64,000 nucleotides of DNA from a virus. Positions 9,627 through 18,900 of this stretch are shown piece after piece (positions within the stretch are counted from its first letter, which is position 1; the number at the start of each line of letters is the position of its first letter). The position numbers and the translations under genes were made by a program. The notes under the pieces are model-generated. The model was given only the letters and a program-made list of their open reading frames with translations. It ran no database searches and was not told the origin of the DNA. Location: IMG/VR virus record IMGVR_UViG_3300024264_000024, positions 7,647 through 71,646 of that record; one strand, written 5' to 3'.

Positions 9627-9827
9627 TTATTTCTTTTTAGCTCTTCCCATGTTACCATAAGATGCTTTATTCATAAGTGGATCTAATACAGAACCGCCAG
9701 CCATAAAACCTTTTAGTCCACCACCTGCAGCCATTGATGTCATTGCTACTTTTTGTGGAGACATATCTCCATCTCCAGCTCCATAAGTTGCACCACCTAC
9801 GTTGTATTTTTCTTTTGCTTTTGCCAT
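9627..9827 (-). CDS. Small Gly-rich protein with three xxxGG motifs
   Basis: YNVGG, MAAGG and FMAGG in 66 aa; TAATG-coupled to the upstream holin. Confidence 0.7.
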   Translation of the reverse strand: MAKAKEKYNVGGATYGAGDGDMSPQKVAMTSMAAGGGLKGFMAGGSVLDPLMNKASYGNMGRAKKK

Positions 9828-10237
9828 TATTTATCTTTTTTAATTGAATTTACTTTTTCAAGAGACCTTCCCCCAAAATATGAACCTATTACTGTTATTA
9901 AAACTAACTGCAATAAGTCTGTCCATTTATCTTCTACATTAAAGTCTATAACACCTGCGTCTATAAATATTAAAATGACAGTTGATATAACTAAAAATAT
10001 AAGAACCATTGGTCTTACGTTTTTACTTAGCCAGCTATCACTGGCCATATCTGCAGCCCATCTAGTAGAGATTTCTTTTTCCATCTCTACTTCATGCTTT
10101 GCAATTAGTTCTTTAATTTTTCTTGCAGCTTCTAACTTTTCATCTTTTGATGTTATAAGTTCATCTAAGACACCACCTATACCTTCAACTAGTTTTGTTG
10201 CTCCGCCTGAAAATAATCTTGTTATAAAGTTTGGCAT
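9827..10237 (-). CDS. 3TM holin family (GTA holin-like) protein
   Basis: RWAADMASDSWLSKNVRPMVLIFL and LITVIGSYFGGRSLEK signatures. Confidence 0.8.
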   Translation of the reverse strand: MPNFITRLFSGGATKLVEGIGGVLDELITSKDEKLEAARKIKELIAKHEVEMEKEISTRWAADMASDSWLSKNVRPMVLIFLVISTVILIFIDAGVIDFNVEDKWTDLLQLVLITVIGSYFGGRSLEKVNSIKKDK

Positions 10238-10243
10238 AATTTT

Positions 10244-11362
10244 CTATTGATAAATTCTTATTTCTATTGGTGTGTCTAACAATACACTATCTTCTTCAGG
10301 TGCTAAACTAGCATCAAGCTTATTAGTAACTACTGTAAAACTAGAATTAGTAGCTGCAATTACATTTATACTGTTAGGAGCATTTTTAAATACTGGCATA
10401 GGGTTTATTATAAAGTCATCTCCAGCAGTTATTGGTGTAGACCAAGTTGCTCTATATTGTCCTACACCCACTCTTGACCATGTTAATGTTAATCCTGTGT
10501 CATTATATACTATAGTCTCTGTTGGGTCATTAGTAAGACTTTGAGTTATCTTACATATATATGCTTTATAATAATGATCTAATGCTATTGCTACTGACTT
10601 AGGATTAGCTGTTGAACCTAAAGGAACACCAGTTATTGTTCCTACTCCATTACGTCCCCAAAATAAAACATTATCTGAATCATTTACAGTAAAGCCTGGT
10701 CCTGCACCACTTGGATTCTCATCATATACATTGAAGCTAGTCATACCGCCACCTCCACCTGATGCATAATTAGGAATATTTAAAACACCACTTGCTAAAG
10801 TTGCTGCTCCAGATGTTCCATTTGTAGTTAGGCTTAAACCTGCACCTGCGGGAACACTAAGTGATATTTGATTTGTACTTTGTGCTACAACTATATTGCT
10901 TCCCTGTACTATACTTCTAAAGTTAAGTGTCTCACCAACTTTATCTTTCCATACTTCAGCACCACTTCCTACATTAGCTGCAAGATTAGGTTCTCCTTCT
11001 GTTGTTAGCTCAATGTAATTATCATCAGCAGAAATAGCAAGAGTAAGATTGCTGCTTAAAGATTTTAATGAACGGAAATAATTAGTACACTTTTCTGTTA
11101 CAGGATCTATATCTGTTTTCTGATAGACACCTGGTGTATTAGGGTTTTTAATTGCTGGTACATTTTCTAGATCACATGATTCTGATGCCACTTTAAGATC
11201 TTTAATCTTAATTAGCTTTACACTTTTATAAGGTATAGGTGAAGCAACCCCAGTCATATCAGGCTCTTCATTAACACCCAACACTAAGACATCATTAGGT
11301 TCTGCTTTCTTTGCAAAGACACCTCTTCTTAATAAACTTAATACATCCGTTAAGATATTCAT
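10244..11362 (-). CDS. Short fibre-like virion protein
   Basis: Shares its N-terminal helix and C-terminal domain with 6358..9321; NVGSGAEVWKDKVGETLNFRSI module. Confidence 0.7.
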   Translation of the reverse strand: MNILTDVLSLLRRGVFAKKAEPNDVLVLGVNEEPDMTGVASPIPYKSVKLIKIKDLKVASESCDLENVPAIKNPNTPGVYQKTDIDPVTEKCTNYFRSLKSLSSNLTLAISADDNYIELTTEGEPNLAANVGSGAEVWKDKVGETLNFRSIVQGSNIVVAQSTNQISLSVPAGAGLSLTTNGTSGAATLASGVLNIPNYASGGGGGMTSFNVYDENPSGAGPGFTVNDSDNVLFWGRNGVGTITGVPLGSTANPKSVAIALDHYYKAYICKITQSLTNDPTETIVYNDTGLTLTWSRVGVGQYRATWSTPITAGDDFIINPMPVFKNAPNSINVIAATNSSFTVVTNKLDASLAPEEDSVLLDTPIEIRIYQ

Positions 11363-11622
11363 TTCTTTCTATTTTTACTTCTCTTAGTTTTAGATGGTCC
11401 ACTATATGTGTTATGGGTTCCACCTCCTAATTTATAAGCTTGCTTTGATTCTACTCCTGTTTCATTGTTTCTTACAATTCTCTCAGCATTACCGCCTCTA
11501 TTCATCTTTTCTATTACAGAAGACATCATGATTTCTTCTAGCTCACCGCCAGATCTCATAAGCATCTTTGTTTTTTGTCTACTCATTTTTCCTTTTGATA
11601 GACATGGTCTTTTCTTTGCCAT
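11359..11622 (-). CDS. Small basic protein with three xxxGG motifs
   Basis: MRSGG, MNRGG and YKLGG in 87 aa. Confidence 0.7.
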   Translation of the reverse strand: MAKKRPCLSKGKMSRQKTKMLMRSGGELEEIMMSSVIEKMNRGGNAERIVRNNETGVESKQAYKLGGGTHNTYSGPSKTKRSKNRKK

Positions 11623-11625
11623 AAT

Positions 11626-11772
11626 TTAAAAATCAAAAGTTAATGTTACTATAAACAAATATAATTTAATAGTTCTATAATCATATTCCTTATCACTATC
11701 TATAAACTCCCATCCTAGTGCAAATCTATTGTGGGGCCAATGAAATGCTATTTCTAATTGCCAATCTTCCAT
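11626..11772 (-). CDS. 48-aa beta-stranded microprotein (not in ORF track)
   Basis: MEDWQLEIAFHWPHNRFALGWEFIDSDKEYDYRTIKLYLFIVTLTFDF; TAATG coupling to the upstream ORF. Confidence 0.7.
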   Translation of the reverse strand: MEDWQLEIAFHWPHNRFALGWEFIDSDKEYDYRTIKLYLFIVTLTFDF

Positions 11773-11873
11773 TATAATTTACTTTTTGTTTTGTTACATA
11801 ATCCTTGACGGCAATATCCTAAACAGACTTTACCCTTTGTAATCCATTGAATTAACAAACACACTTGTCTCAT
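11772..11873 (-). CDS. 33-aa Cys-rich microprotein (not in ORF track)
   Basis: MRQVCLLIQWITKGKVCLGYCRQGLCNKTKSKL; TAATG overlaps at both ends. Confidence 0.6.
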   Translation of the reverse strand: MRQVCLLIQWITKGKVCLGYCRQGLCNKTKSKL

Positions 11874-12127
11874 TACTTGACTTCTTTTTTCTTTCTGCCT
11901 TTTCTAGCTTTACCTTTTACAGCACCACTAACATCAGCAAGTTGACTGCCAACTTCTTTAATTGCTCTACCTACATCAGCTAATTCATCTGCGGTAAGCT
12001 TATATCTTTTAACTATTTCAACCAAAGTCTTCTCAGCTTTTTCATCTATAGAAGTCTTTGACCATACAGCTCTCCAATAATCTTGAGGGCCATACGTCCA
12101 TAAAACGTTTACTATTTTTTTAAACAT
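11873..12127 (-). CDS. Hypothetical helical protein with basic C-terminus
   Basis: Likely start is the ATG at 12127 (MFKKIVN...), downstream of the promoter-like motif, rather than 12196. Confidence 0.7.
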   Translation of the reverse strand: MFKKIVNVLWTYGPQDYWRAVWSKTSIDEKAEKTLVEIVKRYKLTADELADVGRAIKEVGSQLADVSGAVKGKARKGRKKKEVK

Positions 12128-12154
12128 GATAAAGTATTTTAATGTACTATATAA

Positions 12155-12242
12155 ATAATATACAAATTTTGTATCACTTAAGCAACTCAAACACATATAT
12201 TAATGCTATCTTTGTCTTGCTTGCATATGTATAATATACAAA
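12155..12242 (-). promoter_or_regulatory. Two copies of candidate phage late promoter TTTGTATATTAT
   Basis: Exact ataatatacaaa at 12155-12166 and 12231-12242, upstream of a minus-strand operon. Confidence 0.55.
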
Positions 12243-12284
12243 ATTTTACTAACAAAATTAGACATTAACCAATAAGAAAACCAC

Positions 12285-12473
12285 ATGAACAAAATTGATC
12301 ACCTACAATTTAAATCTAAATTTTCCTTAGAACTCTTTCCAACAGAAACACTTTTGGGCATAAAAACAGTCAACTGTGAAGTACTTTGTGAAGATGATAA
12401 CTACCGTCCTATGGGTGGTGTTGAATTAGGTTTTATTTTTTTTACTATAACATTTGTAAAATTGTTTGTATAG
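12285..12473 (+). CDS. 62-aa beta-stranded hypothetical protein
   Basis: Alternating hydrophobic strands; resembles 11626..11772. Confidence 0.65.
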   Translation: MNKIDHLQFKSKFSLELFPTETLLGIKTVNCEVLCEDDNYRPMGGVELGFIFFTITFVKLFV

Positions 12474-12517
12474 ACTTTTCAGTCTAATCAAAATTTCTTA
12501 CATTATATATACCAAGC

Positions 12518-12553
12518 AGCTGTATTTCTCTTATGTAGATATACAGCTTTTTT
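12518..12553 (+). terminator. Rho-independent terminator-like hairpin just upstream of nrdB
   Basis: agctgtatttct / agatatacagct stem followed by a T-run. Confidence 0.5.
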
Positions 12554-12574
12554 AACCCATAAAAAATTTTAATT

Positions 12575-13555
12575 ATGAATAAAGACATCTTTAAGTCTAG
12601 AGTAAATATATTACCTTATGAGTACCCACAACTATTAGCATACAAGGATGCTATCAGACATTCCTACTGGATTGACACAGAGTTTAACTTCACAGAAGAC
12701 ATACAAGATTTTAAAGTAAATATAACTAGCAAAGAAAAAGATGTCATTAAAAAGACAATGCTTGCAATTGCACAGATAGAAGTAAATGTAAAAACCTTTT
12801 GGGGTGATCTCTATAAACGCATGCCTATAACAGAAGTAGGTGATGTAGGTTTTACTTTTGCTGAGTCAGAAGTAAGACATAAAGATGCTTACGCTAGACT
12901 ACTTAGAATATTAGGGTTAGAAGAAGAATTTCAATCAGTAGTTAAAGTGCCTGCAATAGAAGGTAGACTTAAGTACTTAAAGAAGTACCTAGATGGTACA
13001 CGTTCTAGAGACAATAAAATGTATACTAAGTCTGTGCTACTGTTCTCTTTATTTATAGAGCACGTAAGTCTATTTAGTCAGTTCTTAATTATGATGAGCT
13101 TTAACAAAGAAAAAAATGTACTCAAGGGTATATCTAATGTTGTTGAAGCTACTAGTAAAGAAGAAGAGATACATGGTAACTTTGGTGCTGAACTTATTAA
13201 TATTATTAAGAAAGAAAACCCTGAGTGGTTTGATGCAGAGTTTGAAGAGCTCATTTATTCTGCATGTAGAAAAGCATATAGAGCAGAGTGTAGCATACTA
13301 GATTGGATCTTTGAACAAGGAGAGCTTGAGTTCTTACCAAAACAAACAATCTATCACTTTATAAAAAACAGATTTAATAACTCTCTAGAAAAGATAGGTA
13401 TGAAACCAATCTTTGAAGTAAATAAAGAAATATTAAAATCAGTAGAATGGTTTGACATAGAGATAACAGGAACCAAGGAGGGAGACTTCTTTTACAAAAA
13501 GAGTGTAGACTATAATAAAAAAAGCAAGAGCATCACAGTTGATGACTTGTTCTAA
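12575..13555 (+). CDS. nrdB: Ribonucleotide reductase class I beta subunit, class Id (Mn)-type
   Basis: Ferritin-like ligands LAIAQIEVNVK (Glu as first ligand, Lys at +4), EVRHKDAY, IEHVSLFSQF and EEEIH; C-terminal DFF..K..DY. Confidence 0.93.
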   Translation: MNKDIFKSRVNILPYEYPQLLAYKDAIRHSYWIDTEFNFTEDIQDFKVNITSKEKDVIKKTMLAIAQIEVNVKTFWGDLYKRMPITEVGDVGFTFAESEVRHKDAYARLLRILGLEEEFQSVVKVPAIEGRLKYLKKYLDGTRSRDNKMYTKSVLLFSLFIEHVSLFSQFLIMMSFNKEKNVLKGISNVVEATSKEEEIHGNFGAELINIIKKENPEWFDAEFEELIYSACRKAYRAECSILDWIFEQGELEFLPKQTIYHFIKNRFNNSLEKIGMKPIFEVNKEILKSVEWFDIEITGTKEGDFFYKKSVDYNKKSKSITVDDLF

Positions 13556-13565
13556 AACCAAAGAC

Positions 13566-15191
13566 ATGGAATATAATAAGTATTACTGGCTAAATGAAGA
13601 CAGCCGCACATTTTTATCAAGGGGATATATTACTGAATCACCAGAACAAAGAATCAAAGACATTGCTATTAAAGCAGAAAAGTATTTGAATATAAAAGGA
13701 TTTGCAGAAAAGTTTGAGGACTATATGGCAAGAGGGTTTTACTCTCTGTCTACTCCTGTATGGATTAACTTTGGTAAACAAAAAGGTTTGCCTATAAGCT
13801 GCTATGGATCCAACATAGATGATAACTTAGACAGTATACTTAACGCAGGACGTGAAATAGGAATGATGTCTAAGTATGGTGGTGGTACTAGTGCTTACTT
13901 AGGTAACATTAGACCAAGAGGAAGTGAAATATCTACAGGAGGTCATGCTGACGGTCCTATTCACTATGCTAGAATGTATGACACTGTGGTAGATGTATGT
14001 AAACAATCTGAAGCTAGACGTGGTGCTTGTGCAGTATATTTACCTGTAGAACATCAAGACATTGATGAGTTCCTAGATATTGGTACTGAGGGAAACCCAA
14101 TACAAAATCTACAGTATGGTGTTACAGTTGGTGATACTTGGATGGAAGAGATGAAAGAAGGAGATAGAAAGAAACGTAAGATATGGGCAAAAATAATACA
14201 GCGTAGATCTGAGTTTGGCTTTCCATACATAATGTTTAAAGATAGTAGCAATAATAACTCTCCTTACAAAGAACTTGGTATGGAGATCACAGCCTCTAAC
14301 TTGTGCTCTGAGATTCAGCTTCCTACAGATAGCTATAATTCTTTTGTATGTTGCTTAGGTTCTATTAATCTTTTACACTGGGACCAGATAAAAGAAACTG
14401 ATGCAATTGAGACATATGTATATTTCTTAAACGCAGTAATGGATGAATTCATTATTAAGTCTGAGACTATGCCAGGCATGAAGAGAGCGTTTAACTTTGC
14501 TGAAAAGCATAGAGCTATTGGCCTTGGTGTATTAGGTTATCATTCTTTATTTCAATCTAAGCTTCTTGAGTTTGACTCACTCCAAGCTAAAGGGTTGAAC
14601 AGTGAGATCTTTAGAACTCTTAAAGACAGAAGTGAAATTGCTTCTAGAGAGTTACACAATGAGTATGGTTATTCATCTCTTAGAGAAGGGTATGCTAACA
14701 CTACTCTTATGGCCATTGCTCCTACTAAGTCTAGTTCATTTATTCACGGTGCTGTGTCTATGGGTATAGAGCCTATTAAGTCTAACTACTTCATTAAAGA
14801 TCTTGCTAAGTCTAAGACTGTATATAAAAACCCATTCTTAGAAAAAGAGCTTGAAATGTATGGTCTAAACAATGACAAAACTTGGAAGTCTATTCTAAGT
14901 AAAGATGGGTCTGTGCAACACCTTGACTTTCCTACTAAAGAAGTATTTAAATCCTTTGTTGAAATATCTCCTAAAGAACTTGTTTTACAAGCTGCACAAA
15001 GACAGAAGTATATTGATCAATCACAATCTCTTAATTTAATGATTGATCCATCTGTATCAGCTAAGCAGATTAATCAACTGTATTTGTATGCTTGGGAAGA
15101 AGGTGTAAAAACTTTGTACTATCAATTTAGTAAGAGTAGTGCTCAGGATTTTGCACGTAACATATTAGAATGTTCAAGTTGTGAAGGTTAA
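13566..15191 (+). CDS. nrdA: Ribonucleotide reductase class I alpha subunit, no ATP-cone
   Basis: GLPISC, SNLCSEI, AIAPTKSSS, QKYIDQSQSLN, KTLYY and C-terminal CSSC. Likely start is the ATG at 13566 rather than 13539. Confidence 0.95.
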   Translation: MEYNKYYWLNEDSRTFLSRGYITESPEQRIKDIAIKAEKYLNIKGFAEKFEDYMARGFYSLSTPVWINFGKQKGLPISCYGSNIDDNLDSILNAGREIGMMSKYGGGTSAYLGNIRPRGSEISTGGHADGPIHYARMYDTVVDVCKQSEARRGACAVYLPVEHQDIDEFLDIGTEGNPIQNLQYGVTVGDTWMEEMKEGDRKKRKIWAKIIQRRSEFGFPYIMFKDSSNNNSPYKELGMEITASNLCSEIQLPTDSYNSFVCCLGSINLLHWDQIKETDAIETYVYFLNAVMDEFIIKSETMPGMKRAFNFAEKHRAIGLGVLGYHSLFQSKLLEFDSLQAKGLNSEIFRTLKDRSEIASRELHNEYGYSSLREGYANTTLMAIAPTKSSSFIHGAVSMGIEPIKSNYFIKDLAKSKTVYKNPFLEKELEMYGLNNDKTWKSILSKDGSVQHLDFPTKEVFKSFVEISPKELVLQAAQRQKYIDQSQSLNLMIDPSVSAKQINQLYLYAWEEGVKTLYYQFSKSSAQDFARNILECSSCEG

Positions 15192-15444
15192 AGAAAAAAT
15201 ACTCCAATTGTTAGCTTATAATAATAAGCTTACAGCGTATCAGAAGGTTGCATCCCGTATAGGTTATATGGGTGCAGGCTTTTTGATAGCAGCTCAGTGG
15301 ACATTGCATCCGGGATTATTTATACTAGGTTTTATATGTGTACTTGTACAGACTTCATCACGTAAGCAATGGAATCTTGTTGTTCTTAATGTAAATGGAT
15401 TAATTGCTTGGATAGGACACTTCCTTAAAGACTTTTTGACATAA
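15181..15444 (+). CDS. Small membrane protein
   Basis: 87 aa with about three hydrophobic segments; overlaps the nrdA stop. Confidence 0.6.
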   Translation: MKVKEKILQLLAYNNKLTAYQKVASRIGYMGAGFLIAAQWTLHPGLFILGFICVLVQTSSRKQWNLVVLNVNGLIAWIGHFLKDFLT

Positions 15445-15453
15445 ACTAATAGT

Positions 15454-15867
15454 TTATTTTCTTAATCCTTTATGATTATCAATCCTATCTAGAATTTTGT
15501 TAAGCTCATCTGTTTTTATCAAACCTGCCATTGAAGCATTCTTTAGAGCACTTATAAGTTGTAGTATCATAAAGGGAACTACAATTACTTCTGATAGCCA
15601 GCCTGTTCCATCAAAACCTTTTTCTATCATAAGTATGACTGTTAGAATTGCCAGCCATGTAAAGGTGTTCTTGGTTATCCTTAATGCTTTATAGGTTTTA
15701 AAGCCTTCTCTTTTACAGCCAGCCCACACTCCAAAAATGCCATCTAACCATAATACTGAACAAACCGCCAGGTACTGTTCCATGTTTTCCATTGATAAAT
15801 CAAAAAAGTACGTACATAAATACGTACAGAAGGCTGTTATACTCACTATTGATAATTTAGTTGTCAT
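15454..15867 (-). CDS. Phage holin (toxin secretion/phage lysis holin-like)
   Basis: Three to four TM segments; LDGIFGVWAG...K and ISALKNASMAG motifs. Confidence 0.7.
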   Translation of the reverse strand: MTTKLSIVSITAFCTYLCTYFFDLSMENMEQYLAVCSVLWLDGIFGVWAGCKREGFKTYKALRITKNTFTWLAILTVILMIEKGFDGTGWLSEVIVVPFMILQLISALKNASMAGLIKTDELNKILDRIDNHKGLRK

Positions 15868-15908
15868 TTATTAATTCTTTGAGCCATTTAATATTCAACG
15901 GTTATACA

Positions 15909-15920
15909 ATAATATACACT
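15909..15920 (-). promoter_or_regulatory. Candidate late promoter variant (AGTGTATATTAT)
   Basis: ataatatacact, 41 nt upstream of the holin start. Confidence 0.4.
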
Positions 15921-15970
15921 TTCTAAGTGGTACATTAAAATTATTTACCTGTTAATATGTCTGGTATTAG

Positions 15971-18900
15971 TTATTTAGTTCCCATATAAAAATCATCATT
16001 CTGTAAGTATGAGTTGTATTTCTGTATAGAGTATATAATAGGAAGAACATCTTTCCAGTTTTTATAAACTTTTAAACTACCTTTTTTACTTCCTCTTTGA
16101 TATACATGTTCAGAGTTTAAATAAAATTCATCTTTGCTTTGTGTTGTATATGCTAAAGGTGTAGCTACAAGATAATACATTGCTTCTGCTAGCTCTCCCA
16201 TAGTTCTTGATGCAGCTAATGGTGAGTCAAACATCTGACGCATTTGTGTATATCCACCTAAACCTGGAATAGGATTAAATATTACAGTTTCTTTATAAGC
16301 TCTCTGTGCTTGATACTTAATCATATTCTTAAGTCTTTTAGTTAAGTCATCATCGTCATCATCAGAAAGTATATTATCTAAGATCATGCTGATTGCTAAT
16401 GTGCTTAATATGATACCTATCTCACCCATAGTTCTGTAAAAACCAAACAGTTTATTCTGAGCACGTTGATCTGCATTACCACCTTTACCATCATATCCTA
16501 TTTTCCTTTTAACACCATCTTTTCCCGTCACTGTCTTAACCTGGGCTTCCATAAACCCTTGACCGTAAGTAGTAAAGGCAATATTACCTTTCATAATTTC
16601 TCTCTTAGCATAACCTAAGAAAGACCAAAAAGATAAATATCTTCCTTCCATCCAACCTAAGTTTTGATCAAAGTATTCTCTTTGGTATCTAGCTCTTACT
16701 GCTGGTGCCACCCACTTTTTAAATTGAGCTGCAAGGTTTCCAATAGTATTACTTTGAATAACCATTCTATCTTCTTTAGCATAGTTACCATGTATCTGTT
16801 TGTTTACCTCACGTATTTTATTTCTAATCTCATATCTAATTGCATCAGTGTACTCTTGCTCAACCCCATTATATATGATTGTATTAAAACCTTCTTTAAT
16901 TTCATTTTTATGAGTCTCTGAATTATAAGTAAATGCATCATAAAAAGATAGTTCTGTCCCTTCTAATGGATGGCCTTTAGTTGTGTTCTTAACCACAATA
17001 TCCATAAGCATTGCCATACCTACTTTAGTTTGTACATTATATTCTGCAGCATCTTGCATAACATAACCCCATTCAGAAGCTCTTTCAAACCAGCTCCTAC
17101 CTTGAGAAGTTTCATAACCTGCTCCTTGTTCACGTAAGTCTGACATACTGTCCATCATTCTAAACATATCTACAAAAGCTTCCCACTTATTATTAGCTTT
17201 CTTTGGATCATAATCAGATTTTCCTAAACCAGGTATCATACCAAACGTTGCTATATCAGCAAGATCACGTGTGCTTTCTCCTGTATAAGAAGTTCTTTGT
17301 ACTAAAGACATTAAAGCTTTTTTATTAAACTCAGCAGAAGACCTCATATAAGATCCTTTCTTGTAGAACCTGCCTCCCAACATTTCTATGTTGTTATTTA
17401 TTCTACCTATAACGTAGTTATTAAAGTTACCAAATGGGTTAAATGCTACATAAGATAAAGAAGACAGTTGTATTAACCCATCTGCTATTTTATCAAAAGC
17501 ACCTTTACTTATAAGCTCATTGTCATAGAAGACCATGTTTATCCACTTCTTTGCTCTTCTTTCTACATTACTTTGTTGTGTGCTTGTACTTGCTTTTACA
17601 CCAACTGCTTTCTTTATACCATCTTTAGTTACTGTAGTTAGTTTAGTATCACCAGAAGGTTCATACTCTCTACTTTCTATAACCTTAACAAAAGCATTCA
17701 TGGTATCTTCTACAGTACTCATAGTCTCATAGTTTTGTGCCATTGCACTAAACTTTAATAGACTTGAAGTTAAGTCTGTACTTATCTGACCCATTGATGG
17801 TTTTGATCTTAACCGTTGTCTTTTACCATTAAGTGCTGCTATATCTGTTTTATAATCATCTGAACTAATTTCACCTTTTTTTAACTCATCTTTTTTAGCT
17901 TGTATTTCTTTAGATACTTTGTCTAGCTCAGCATCTGTTCTAGGTACACCAGTATAAAATATAGGCATTGAGTTTACCAAGTTGTTGTTTTCATCTAATG
18001 AAATACCTTTAGTTGATGATGTTCTTTTAAATGTATTCCAAGCTCTGCTTCCTATTGTTGATGCATAAAGTTTATTATAAAGACTGCTCTTTCCTTTAAG
18101 CTCATTTAAGACACCATTCATCACTAAAGGAACTCTACCTGTCATTTGATTCATAACACCACCTGGTAGCATTTTTAATAACTCTCCTTCAAACATTCCA
18201 ACAAAAAGTTCATAAAATTCTTTTTGAGCTTGTTCTAATGCATTGTTAGGCTTCATTATTTTCCCATACTTTTCACTAGTCATATCTCTACCAGATCTTG
18301 ATGTGCTAAGTGCAGTAACAAATTTCTTTTTAGCTGCACGGAAACTTTGATCTTTAACTATTGATCCAATAGGTTGACCGTTTACTCTAACAGCTTTGGT
18401 ATACGCATGCATGTCATAATACTTAGCTTCATATGTTGTATACTTTGCATCAGATATGTTGGGTTTTCTATACCAATTACCGTAAGGATTAGATTCATCA
18501 CCAGGAACAAAGTACTCATAAATGTCTCTTGCATCTTTAAACTCTTGTGTATAACCATGGTACTCTCCATCTACTGGGTTTCCTGATTCATTTTTAATCT
18601 CAGCTCTAAAGAAATCACTAAGTGCTCTTTTATCATTTGCTAACTTTATATTATAGTCTATGTCTTCTTTAGAAGCATCATCTAGATTGGTAATGTCTCT
18701 ATAGTAATATGGGTCTCCTTCATTATCATATAATCTAGATCTTATCTCATCTTGCATTTGATAATATTGTTGACCTATTCTTTTAACATAGAATCCTGTA
18801 AATTGACCATCATCAGAATATTCTAACATAAAGTCATAAAGCTTTTCTAAATCCTTATTGTTTGAAAGCTTTAATAATTTTTGTCCAGCATTTCTTATAA

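Noticed and set aside
3116-11362. Diversity-generating retroelement targeting the fibres
   Set aside because: No reverse transcriptase in the window and no adenine-specific TR/VR pair seen; the repeats are diverged protein-level duplications.
12207-12214. Perfect TATCTTTG -7 element on the + strand before 12285
   Set aside because: No TTTG at the expected -33 spacing; possible but not supported enough to call.
13539-13565. Track start of nrdA at 13539
   Set aside because: It overlaps the end of nrdB; the ATG at 13566 after an A-rich leader fits better.
12575-15191. Introns or inteins in the RNR genes
   Set aside because: Both ORFs are continuous and of minimal length.
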